From: a virus
Direction: 5' to 3' (one strand)
Length of the DNA: 64,000 nucleotides
IMG/VR virus record: IMGVR_UViG_3300044956_000431
Location: 45,985-109,984 of that record
The notes beneath the pieces are model-generated. The model saw only the letters and a program-made list of their open reading frames with translations, was not told the DNA's origin and ran no database searches. Below, in pieces: positions 29,393-38,003 of the stretch (positions within the stretch are counted from its first letter, which is position 1; each line of letters opens with the position of its first letter). The position numbers were made by a program, and so were the translations under genes.

Positions 29393-30446
29393 GTATTAAC
29401 CTATGTATTGCGTCGTTATGTTTTTCTAAAGCAGTTGTATGTATGTGTTTGATCAACTCAGCATTTTTAATCAATCGACTCCAATGTTGCTGTCGTAGTT
29501 CGTTGAGGTTGAGCTGACAAACGCAAGATACCAGTTGTACTACTTGAGTCATACGCACCCACGGATCTTGAATTTGATCGTACTGGTGGTTATCAAACAA
29601 ATCATCAAATACATCAACCCCCATTTGTCTTACACTATCTACCAGTCCAGGTACAGCATACCATATAGGAAACTGATGCCATGCCAAGGCTTTGAATGTT
29701 TTTTCTGTTATAAACACACTGGTCCATGTATTGGGATCCAGTTGACTAGAACTTTCTACAACAAGGTTGACCGGTGCCTGATAAAACTTTTGATGATCAA
29801 TCCTATGTTGAAATACTTCATCAGCTATGGGTCGATCCACAATCATTGGAAACGGCTGCGGATATATCAACTTTTTAACTTCAGCACTGGCATCGACTCC
29901 GTTGGTACCAAATGTCATAATCATGTCGTTGACGTTGATTTTGGCCAACAATCGTTTGGCAAGATTTCCACGATCAACACTGGCGCGGCGCATTAGGCAC
30001 GTCAGTTTGTGGGTCATGGGTATTGCAGTCCAGTCTATGTGATATTGCTCGAGATGCATGTACCAGTTGCCATTGTAGATCAGTCTATCAGGCAACGACA
30101 CAGCAGGATATGGCAGTTGAGATACGTCTTCCACTGCGCTAAAAACAACTCTAATATTATGCGACGGTACTTCTAGTTTGTGTGTCAGATACTTGTAAAA
30201 GTTTGCAAAATCCGCCGAGGAGATACCTTCGGGCTTGAGATCAAACACCCATATAAAGTTTTTTTCTTTTTGAGGAAAAATGTTTTTCTTTGCACAGTCC
30301 TGCTCAAACATTCTTTGTAACTCTACTTTACATTCTCGTAACACATCTGCAGATATTTCTTTCCAGAGAGCATAGTAAACTATGCTTTCTTTTTTGACCA
30401 ATCTCTCCGGAGGCGCTTTTACTCCCGGCAACAATTCTTCACTCAT
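29379..30446 (-). CDS. Glycosyltransferase-like protein with a TEKT motif (GT10-like C-terminus)
   Basis: NLVVESS...FITEKTFK...PG...DVFDD...YD; start MSEELL at 30446. Confidence 0.55.
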   Translation of the reverse strand: MSEELLPGVKAPPERLVKKESIVYYALWKEISADVLRECKVELQRMFEQDCAKKNIFPQKEKNFIWVFDLKPEGISSADFANFYKYLTHKLEVPSHNIRVVFSAVEDVSQLPYPAVSLPDRLIYNGNWYMHLEQYHIDWTAIPMTHKLTCLMRRASVDRGNLAKRLLAKINVNDMIMTFGTNGVDASAEVKKLIYPQPFPMIVDRPIADEVFQHRIDHQKFYQAPVNLVVESSSQLDPNTWTSVFITEKTFKALAWHQFPIWYAVPGLVDSVRQMGVDVFDDLFDNHQYDQIQDPWVRMTQVVQLVSCVCQLNLNELRQQHWSRLIKNAELIKHIHTTALEKHNDAIHRLIHDNF

Positions 30447-30895
30447 ACCTGTATATCTTCCATTCCTGCTGTTCGCAATCGCACAATGTGACCCATTTGC
30501 CATTGCTTGGTGTCTAGGCCTTTCATGATGCCCAGCCAGCAATTGCGTAACAGAGCCACTTCGTTGATGATAGTCTCAAAATCTATTACTTCGTCTTCAC
30601 CGTCTACATATTTTTCAGCGTCGCGGCTGGTCAATGCACGAGCATAACCCTCAAGATATTTTTGAAAGTGCCTACGGCGTATCTTTCGTAGTTGTATGTT
30701 GAGATAGTTAAGCACTGCTTCAATCTCTTGCAGTTGGTTGAAACGATGTTCAGTAATACCTGGCAAAGCTGAAATATTTTTTTCTACGACTCCGCCAATG
30801 CGGCATTCTTTTTTAGCTTCGTCAAGCTCGCGTTCATAGTGCTGAATAAAATCAGGTATATTGGCAAGACTGGCAGTGACTTTACTGTACCACAT
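30443..30895 (-). CDS. uvsY: Recombination mediator, UvsY-like
   Basis: Helical 150-aa protein with KYLEGY...AEKYVDG...KGLDTKQWQ; lies near uvsX. Confidence 0.65.
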   Translation of the reverse strand: MWYSKVTASLANIPDFIQHYERELDEAKKECRIGGVVEKNISALPGITEHRFNQLQEIEAVLNYLNIQLRKIRRRHFQKYLEGYARALTSRDAEKYVDGEDEVIDFETIINEVALLRNCWLGIMKGLDTKQWQMGHIVRLRTAGMEDIQV

Positions 30896-32144
30896 TTTTA
30901 ATCTCCTCGACTAGCCAGGGAAATGTTTGCTTCCAGTTGAGTTGCCTACGTCGATCTATCTCATCAAGAAATATTGATAGTTGATAGATTTTGTGTTCAT
31001 CTTGGTCGCAAGATTCCACTTGTAGTTTGATACCAGTCATATATTCTTTGGCCTGTTTTTGTTGCCAAGTGTTTGTAGGCATAACATCTAGTATAGCATC
31101 AAAATCTTTAGAAAAAAACTTTGTACCAAAAATACCTGGATGTAAAAAGTCATGAGTCATGACTGTGGTAGAGAAATAGTGCCCAACTTCTCTTTGCTTT
31201 CTGATGCAGTTAATAAACTCAATCAACTCTGGCACTGTTTTTATTGTCAACACCGACAGTGTCTGATTTACATTGAGAGTGATCCAGGGTTGATCTGCTA
31301 CCAATTTGAAGTTTTGCTTCCACTGTTCTATGTCAATGCCATATCGTACATATTCTTGTTCTTTGCCAAAACAGTCAATGCTGGCAGTAAGATCAAATCG
31401 TTTGATCATTTGATTGTTGATAAGATGTTTTATGCGTTCTAACAAAGTGGCCAAACGATCTGGAGAAATCTTGAGATTACTAATGACGTTGAACTCTAGA
31501 CCTGGGCTTGGGTGTTGATCAAAAAAATCCAAACAACAATCAAACTGCTCTTGATAAAATGGTTCCCCGCCTAGTACGTGAAATCTTTTGATTGCGCCAT
31601 GATGTTGTTGCATCCATTTCCAAAAACTTTGAGTCAACTCTTTTTTGTTTGAAACCTGCTGACTTTGATTGTCAATGATCACTCCATATTTTTCAAAACG
31701 ACCAAACTTTTTGTTTTCAGCTTGTATCTTGCTGGAAAACCCGTCCCAACAATACAAACAAGACATATTGCAGACATTGTCAAAATAAACTTCCACTATA
31801 CGAGGTGTAACTTTAATGCTAGTTTGATCAATATCTAACTCAGGTGGATGCATGTCAGGAATAGACAGGTGAAACATTCGATCACTGGATCCACCAGCAT
31901 CTTCAATATTTTTACAATATTCACACCCGCCCGTGGGCCACTGCCCGTTGAGCATGAGAGATCTATCAGCTAGTTTTTTTGGTGTATTGTGAAAAGTATC
32001 AAACGTAGATGGTGTAAGCACATCTGCATTGACTCTATGGCAAGAACTGGTAGTACCATCATAGAGACGAATGGTACTCCAGTTCCACTTGAGTTGACAC
32101 GCAGTTGTGCTTTTGATTGGAAAATATTTTTTTGATTCCATCAA
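30882..32144 (-). CDS. Radical SAM protein with an N-terminal twitch-like Cys cluster
   Basis: CNMSCLYC, GGEPF and SID; N-terminal C...SCHR...CEYC. Confidence 0.88.
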   Translation of the reverse strand: MMESKKYFPIKSTTACQLKWNWSTIRLYDGTTSSCHRVNADVLTPSTFDTFHNTPKKLADRSLMLNGQWPTGGCEYCKNIEDAGGSSDRMFHLSIPDMHPPELDIDQTSIKVTPRIVEVYFDNVCNMSCLYCWDGFSSKIQAENKKFGRFEKYGVIIDNQSQQVSNKKELTQSFWKWMQQHHGAIKRFHVLGGEPFYQEQFDCCLDFFDQHPSPGLEFNVISNLKISPDRLATLLERIKHLINNQMIKRFDLTASIDCFGKEQEYVRYGIDIEQWKQNFKLVADQPWITLNVNQTLSVLTIKTVPELIEFINCIRKQREVGHYFSTTVMTHDFLHPGIFGTKFFSKDFDAILDVMPTNTWQQKQAKEYMTGIKLQVESCDQDEHKIYQLSIFLDEIDRRRQLNWKQTFPWLVEEIKNVVQ

Positions 32145-32386
32145 TAGTCATCGTCGTTATAGGAATTCTCGTCCTCTTCTTCTTCGAGCTCTTCCTCTTC
32201 TTTGAGATAATCTGCTAAGGCACGTTTGATATCCTCGTCGCCCTTGAATGTGGCTTTGATATCTTCAGCATCTATGTCATTGTCAATCAGAATACTAACC
32301 ATGGTTTCGGCAGCTTCTCTACGGTCTACCGAGTTGATATATCTTTTTACTTCTGACCAAATTTCGTTTGTTAGTTCCACTGACAT
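32141..32386 (-). CDS. Small acidic hypothetical protein
   Basis: 81 aa with a D/E-rich tail; GGAGG RBS. Confidence 0.7.
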   Translation of the reverse strand: MSVELTNEIWSEVKRYINSVDRREAAETMVSILIDNDIDAEDIKATFKGDEDIKRALADYLKEEEELEEEEDENSYNDDDY

Positions 32387-32390
32387 CAGT

Positions 32391-33449
32391 TTATTCCTCC
32401 CTATCTGATTCAGCTGTACTTACCTCAGTCTTTTGATTTTTAAAATCAGACATGACTTTGTCCAAACACCCGTCCTCGTTGCTTTCCCAGCCCTTGCGGA
32501 AATATTTAATAATCTCACGGTCGCTGGTCACAAACATCAAGCGATTGCCATCCTTCTTTAAAAGACCTTTCTTTTCAGCCAGATCAGTCAATCCTGAGTA
32601 AGGATTCATACCTGTCTCGTAAGGAATCTTAACTTGCACGCCTTCAAACGGCTTGGCATAGCGAGTTTTCATAACTTTACAAGCGGCACGAATACCCATA
32701 ACATCTGACACTTTGTTGCCGTCCTCGTCCTCTTTGAGTTTGAGTTTCTTCATAGCCACAACAATACTTGACGCATAGATAAAGCCTTGACCGCCTGAAA
32801 TCTTGTCATCCGGATCAAACATGTCCTGACTTGCGTATGTGTGGTTTGTAACAACCATGCCTACGTTATAGCTACCAAACATGTTTACACAGTTACGAAC
32901 TAGTGCTGTCAGCGCCTTGGGTTTGCGACCAAGATCGCCTTTCATTTCGCCTGCGTCAAACTGATTAACGTCTGTGGGTGTCAACAACATACCCAACGAG
33001 TCAATCACAAACATAACTTTGGGACGCTCGCCATCTGGCAGAGCCTTGTAGTCGCTCATGAATGTGGAAATAGTTTTTGCTACATCGTCAATCATGGCCA
33101 TAGAAAGTTTTAACAGTTTGCTTTCTGAGGTATCAACCCCCAAGGCCCTGAGCCAATCCTCGTCAAGTGCATTTTCTGAATCAATCAGCACTACAAAGAT
33201 ACCTTGAGCTTGTGCGTTCTTGATGATATTACCTGAGCAGATATAACTCTTACCAGCGCCAGATTCGCCGGCAAACACAGTAACCTTGCCCAAAGGAATG
33301 CCACGGTGAAAGTCACCGGATATGAGATAATTTAACGCATAGTTACCTGTTGAAATCCAGTCAGTGGGGTCGTTAAACCCAATTGACAATCCGTCAATTG
33401 ATTTAGTAATTTCTTTTCGAAACTTTGATACATCAAAGGGCTTGGACAT
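32391..33449 (-). CDS. uvsX: RecA-like recombinase UvsX
   Basis: GESGAGKS, IDSENA, IDSLG, TNHTY, SGG and KTR. Confidence 0.92.
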   Translation of the reverse strand: MSKPFDVSKFRKEITKSIDGLSIGFNDPTDWISTGNYALNYLISGDFHRGIPLGKVTVFAGESGAGKSYICSGNIIKNAQAQGIFVVLIDSENALDEDWLRALGVDTSESKLLKLSMAMIDDVAKTISTFMSDYKALPDGERPKVMFVIDSLGMLLTPTDVNQFDAGEMKGDLGRKPKALTALVRNCVNMFGSYNVGMVVTNHTYASQDMFDPDDKISGGQGFIYASSIVVAMKKLKLKEDEDGNKVSDVMGIRAACKVMKTRYAKPFEGVQVKIPYETGMNPYSGLTDLAEKKGLLKKDGNRLMFVTSDREIIKYFRKGWESNEDGCLDKVMSDFKNQKTEVSTAESDREE

Positions 33450-33459
33450 TATTGTTTCC

Positions 33460-34362
33460 TTAAGTTATGTGTATAGAAAAGTTGTTGTTGCTTTTGAGAT
33501 TTTTAAAAATCAACAGTCGATAGTAAGTCAATCGATCACAAAGATTAGGTATATTACCTAGATTTAAGTTCTTTCCGATAGGAACTCTGCCATGTGATTG
33601 ACACCATGCTTGATATTCTTTACTTAGCGGAATAGTTTGTGATGGACTCAAACTCAATGAAACAAATCCAAGAAACTCATTAAATGAGTTTTCATCATTG
33701 TGTTCAAGATTTCGATCAAAGTATAAAAATTTATTATACAAAGTTCTGCCACAATGATTAAAAGTTAAACTGAAATTTGCTATGTCATTGGTTAAGATAG
33801 ATTTGTCAAACATATTTGGGAATGGGTGCAATAACCCACCTGCCACTGTTTCAAAGCTGATAGTATCGAACATCTCCTCTACCATATGTGCATTAAGATT
33901 GATGTCATCGTACAACTGAGTTCGATTTAATTTTGATAATAAGTTTCCAATTTTGACAAATCTCTCTGAATCAGGAAACATGTCATGTATGAGTTCAGCG
34001 GTGCCTGAAAAATTGCTTTGCTTTCTCTTAGCCTCTATGTCATACAACTGATTGAGACTGTTTACCCAATCCGAATGCAGTTTATTTAAATTATATTGAT
34101 CTAGATAATCCTCGGTGTTAAAAACATCATACTGCCAATCTGTTAATTCATGTATCCAAGAATTAACTTCAGATAAAGTTGAATGTAGTTGATTGATTCG
34201 CTGGGCAACAACGTTGGGCCACGGTTGAGATTTTTTTAAAACCGAAAATAAATTTATATTTCGTTGATTTAGCTGATCCACATAATACTCAAGCACTTGG
34301 GGGTAAACAGATTCAAATTCAATGGAATCACCCGAGTTTTCGAACACAATTTGAAATTTCAT
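33460..34362 (-). CDS. Hypothetical protein, paralog of 19752-20570
   Basis: LNKLHSDW and CGRTLYNKF; AT-rich. Confidence 0.7.
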   Translation of the reverse strand: MKFQIVFENSGDSIEFESVYPQVLEYYVDQLNQRNINLFSVLKKSQPWPNVVAQRINQLHSTLSEVNSWIHELTDWQYDVFNTEDYLDQYNLNKLHSDWVNSLNQLYDIEAKRKQSNFSGTAELIHDMFPDSERFVKIGNLLSKLNRTQLYDDINLNAHMVEEMFDTISFETVAGGLLHPFPNMFDKSILTNDIANFSLTFNHCGRTLYNKFLYFDRNLEHNDENSFNEFLGFVSLSLSPSQTIPLSKEYQAWCQSHGRVPIGKNLNLGNIPNLCDRLTYYRLLIFKNLKSNNNFSIHIT

Positions 34363-34404
34363 ATAAATTGTGCAAGGTCTAGAACCTTGCACTTTCTTAA
34401 AAAA

Positions 34405-35400
34405 CTACTTTTGTTGCCTAGCGCGAATCATAGCCAGGATGTCCTCGGCTTTTTGTGCAGACTTAGTTGCGACAACAGGTGCTGCCGCAATTGCCAAATT
34501 CTCTCCCTTGTCATCAAACGCACTAGAAGAAGCAGGTGCAGGCTTGGCCTGTGCTACTGGTACTGCCGCTTCTTCAGTGTGTTCAGAGCCACTTGACGAA
34601 GAACCTTGCGGAGCGGCAAGACCAGCAGGACGGAAGTATGCACCCCAACGGTCGGGATCGTAAGGTTTGCCATCTACCGAAGCCTCAAACATTTCTTTTA
34701 TGACTTTGAGTTCAGCCTCTGATGGTTTCTTAGGAAGGAAGTCGGAGAGCGTAAACAAACCGTAAGCTTCGATTGCGGCCTGTTCTGCCTCAGTCAATGC
34801 GCTTTCCTTACGAGCCCATTTACTGGTTGAGTAGTCTGCGTAACCACCTTTGGATATCTTGGTGATACGGAAATCCAGACCACGCATCAAGTCTGTTGGC
34901 AACTCTTCCAGTTCAGAATCCATGAGTGCTGACTTGATTGTTTGGAAAATCTGAGGACCGATGATAAATCGACGAATTGGATTTTCAGGATTCTTGTCAT
35001 CAGACAGTGGGTTTTCGCGAACAAAACCTTGCATGATGTAACTGCGCTTTTTCCAATACTTACGGCCCATGTCTTCAAGAGCTTTGTCTTTGAACCACGT
35101 GCGTACTTCTGCCAAGATTGGACAAGCTTCGCCCCACATCTCAACACAAGGTACTTGTACCTGAACCTGTTTGGATTCCATTTCCCCTTTGATGCCGTTA
35201 AACAGTAGTTTGATCATTGCACGTTCAGCCCAAAAGAAAGTGTTCTTTGAGTTACCGTCAGGAAGGAAACGCACTACTGCGCTTGCGCCTTCGTCGATGT
35301 TCCAGTGGGGATAGATTGCGTTGTCGCCGCCTTGTGATTGACCGCCTTTGTTTGACTCTGCGGCTTGGAGTCGTGCGCGGATTTCTGCTAAAGATGCCAT
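34405..35400 (-). CDS. Single-stranded DNA-binding protein (T4 gp32-like)
   Basis: VRFLPD, PC...CP, YWKKRSY, G.DF.I.K...GYADYSTS and C-terminal EDILAMIR. Confidence 0.88.
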   Translation of the reverse strand: MASLAEIRARLQAAESNKGGQSQGGDNAIYPHWNIDEGASAVVRFLPDGNSKNTFFWAERAMIKLLFNGIKGEMESKQVQVQVPCVEMWGEACPILAEVRTWFKDKALEDMGRKYWKKRSYIMQGFVRENPLSDDKNPENPIRRFIIGPQIFQTIKSALMDSELEELPTDLMRGLDFRITKISKGGYADYSTSKWARKESALTEAEQAAIEAYGLFTLSDFLPKKPSEAELKVIKEMFEASVDGKPYDPDRWGAYFRPAGLAAPQGSSSSGSEHTEEAAVPVAQAKPAPASSSAFDDKGENLAIAAAPVVATKSAQKAEDILAMIRARQQK

Positions 35401-35544
35401 AATAGAAATTGTCCTTTCAAGAAGTTTATGTGCCTATATATGCCTTGCATACACCCAACTGAGTGGGGCATAGATATTTATACTGTCATTGTCAACAGGT
35501 TGAATTTTTTCAGACCTTTGAACGTTGTGTTTAAATATCAGCAT

Positions 35545-36174
35545 ATGCCACAGTATAACACACAATTGCAACAAGTCAAGATTTATGACAAAATCAGTTT
35601 GGTAGATCCAGTGGCGTCAAACCTCTGGGAAGTTGATCAATGTTTTGATCTGCCTACCTATCAGCAGTTGAGAAATATGGTCAGCACCCACGGCAATGAG
35701 TTTGGCTGTAGTTATCTAAACAAAAGATTAGAACTAACTGCTTCTAGTCCTGGATTTGAATTTTTAACCCAACTAGGCCAGAACATGACTGCCAGTCTGA
35801 GTCACATAGTTGGACATGCTCTAACGTTCATGACTCCAAAGTACTGGCTAGACTTGCCAGCTTTTGGTTGTCAAACACATTCTGATTCACAAGAGATTTT
35901 TGTTTCTTACCAAGTATATTTAGGATCATCATTTGTCGATGAAATACGATCTTTACAGCACAGAGATAGCAATGCCAATGTTATTGAATATCTAGATCTT
36001 CCTAACAATCTAATGGCGCGAGGAGCAACATTCCTGCATGTTGAACCACCTGTACAGATCACGTTCAAGCCAAACCATGGCTATATTAGCCTAAACAGTG
36101 ATCTCAAGCCACATCGAGTTGACGGTACCTGGGATACTAGGATCAGTGTGATGTTTCAGTATTCACGAGTATAA
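35545..36174 (+). CDS. 2OG-Fe(II) oxygenase-like protein
   Basis: HSD...H...R-x-S pattern, QVYL; TAAATA upstream of the ATG at 35545. Confidence 0.65.
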   Translation: MPQYNTQLQQVKIYDKISLVDPVASNLWEVDQCFDLPTYQQLRNMVSTHGNEFGCSYLNKRLELTASSPGFEFLTQLGQNMTASLSHIVGHALTFMTPKYWLDLPAFGCQTHSDSQEIFVSYQVYLGSSFVDEIRSLQHRDSNANVIEYLDLPNNLMARGATFLHVEPPVQITFKPNHGYISLNSDLKPHRVDGTWDTRISVMFQYSRV

Positions 36175-36719
36175 CTCAACACCAAGACTTCGCGTATCGA
36201 GTTGTTAGGGACTCGGCCTATCATTCCATTGAAGCCTCTTGGATTGTTGACATAGATGCTGGCCATGTTTGGTTGATACTGAACAATATCTACATCGTGT
36301 CGTGTGAGTTTGCGTTTTGTCTGATAGTCTAGTTCGGATGTTTTGTTGACTTCTCTATCGTGACAGAAAGCAAAATCCATTCTATAATCTGAATCTTCAG
36401 ACATTGCTATTTGCACTTGTACGTAGATGTCTGGGTGCAAGCGGTGCATCATGATTGAACTGCCTGGCAAGTCAATGCTTACATAAGCAACCTGCGGTGC
36501 AATATTTTGTTGTATGATATCGCCAATACGTTGTTTTTCTTGGCGTACGATATCTTGTAGTTCTGGAGAATCGCTCCAAGGAGTCAACAACCTATCATCG
36601 TACTGCATTGTAAATGGCATACGACTCTTACGATAGAGCTGTTTTATTTCTTGGAATCGCTGTGCATCAAAATAAGACTGCACTTGCCAAAGCTGTTGAT
36701 TGACTCGATACAGGCTCAT
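36156..36719 (-). CDS. Degenerate 2OG-Fe(II) oxygenase-like protein
   Basis: Collinear with the neighbouring gene but lacks the HxD acid and the distal His. Confidence 0.55.
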   Translation of the reverse strand: MSLYRVNQQLWQVQSYFDAQRFQEIKQLYRKSRMPFTMQYDDRLLTPWSDSPELQDIVRQEKQRIGDIIQQNIAPQVAYVSIDLPGSSIMMHRLHPDIYVQVQIAMSEDSDYRMDFAFCHDREVNKTSELDYQTKRKLTRHDVDIVQYQPNMASIYVNNPRGFNGMIGRVPNNSIREVLVLSYTREY

Positions 36720-37990
36720 TGGTGTGCAGGTGCGGCTTGAGTGTCTAACTCAGTATCAACTTTGGCCTGTGCTTGATCAGCTGGTATGCCTAGTGCTATC
36801 AAACGTTCTATCACGCGAGAATCTTCCCAACAGTTGGCGTCAGGATTTTTATCTGCAATATCATATAATATGTCAAACAAATGGTCGTCACCAACAAGGT
36901 CATAGAGCTGTTCGGTGGCATTGGTGGCGTCTGGACCAACTATCAGTGGTTTTCCTAGAAGGTCTTGCATTTTTTTGGCGGCTTTAGGAGTGTCAGGCAA
37001 TGCCCATGTGCCTTCCATCACACGGTTAGCCCAGGTTTCAAAAACGTCGGCCTCTTTGAGTGGAGTTTCTTGTAGCTTGGCCAACACAGGCAGAGCTTGT
37101 TCTATTCGAGGATCAAGACTCTGTTGTACAAAAAGTTCGCGAATGGTTTCCACAGCTTCATCTACAGAAGTGATCTGCGCAGGATCAAAAGCAGATTTTT
37201 CTTCGTGATAACCTCTACGACTGATCAATCGCTTGGCCTTGGCCTTGAGATCAGTGTAATGACGTACTGCCGCTTCAACCATGTGTGCCGCATTGCCGTC
37301 ATAGTTTTTGTGCTTGGATGCTCTTACAAAGTTTGCCAGGGTGCGCATTTCATCAACGATTTCGTTGATATGCTGTCCAAATGAGTCGTACGGGTTGCCG
37401 CCTTCGGCCACATGCCGTGCCAACATACGACCATGCATGAGACTGCGACTGGGTACTTTGAAACGTTCACCTTGGACTGTTTCAACATAGATGCTTTCTA
37501 TGTTGCGGTATCTTGCTTCGCCTTCTTCAAGATCTCTGCTGTGCTTGATACGTAGGCGAGTTTTCTGTGGTTGATCAGTGTAGCTGATTTTACGGCTGCC
37601 ATAGTAGCTTTCAAAGATACTCTCTTTGATTGCAGCCATGGTTTTCATGTTGTATTTGAGTCTTGATAGATTTTTTAGGCTAAAAGTCAACAAGTTACGC
37701 TTGGCAAACATCCGAACAAGATACAAGAAATCATACCAATCCTTGCGATCGTCGCCTTCCATGGCACGACCCATATTGTCCCCAAAATAAATGTCTAGGT
37801 TATTTTTACCATCTAGTGCTATGACCACAGCACCATAGTCCTGTTGATCTGTGCGATAATCAAAGCTGATGATTTCGGCTTTGGCAGGATCATCAGCAGG
37901 CTTGCCCATGCTATCCAGAGCTTCGGGCTCAAAATCTCTGGAAACCAGCAGATCGTATAGTTGTTGGGCAGCAGTGTTGGATTGACTCAT
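36716..37990 (-). CDS. Hypothetical phage protein, possibly head-associated
   Basis: 424-aa ORF with TAAATA upstream, next to terminase. Confidence 0.7.
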   Translation of the reverse strand: MSQSNTAAQQLYDLLVSRDFEPEALDSMGKPADDPAKAEIISFDYRTDQQDYGAVVIALDGKNNLDIYFGDNMGRAMEGDDRKDWYDFLYLVRMFAKRNLLTFSLKNLSRLKYNMKTMAAIKESIFESYYGSRKISYTDQPQKTRLRIKHSRDLEEGEARYRNIESIYVETVQGERFKVPSRSLMHGRMLARHVAEGGNPYDSFGQHINEIVDEMRTLANFVRASKHKNYDGNAAHMVEAAVRHYTDLKAKAKRLISRRGYHEEKSAFDPAQITSVDEAVETIRELFVQQSLDPRIEQALPVLAKLQETPLKEADVFETWANRVMEGTWALPDTPKAAKKMQDLLGKPLIVGPDATNATEQLYDLVGDDHLFDILYDIADKNPDANCWEDSRVIERLIALGIPADQAQAKVDTELDTQAAPAHQ

Positions 37991-38003
37991 AGTAGTGTAT
38001 TTA

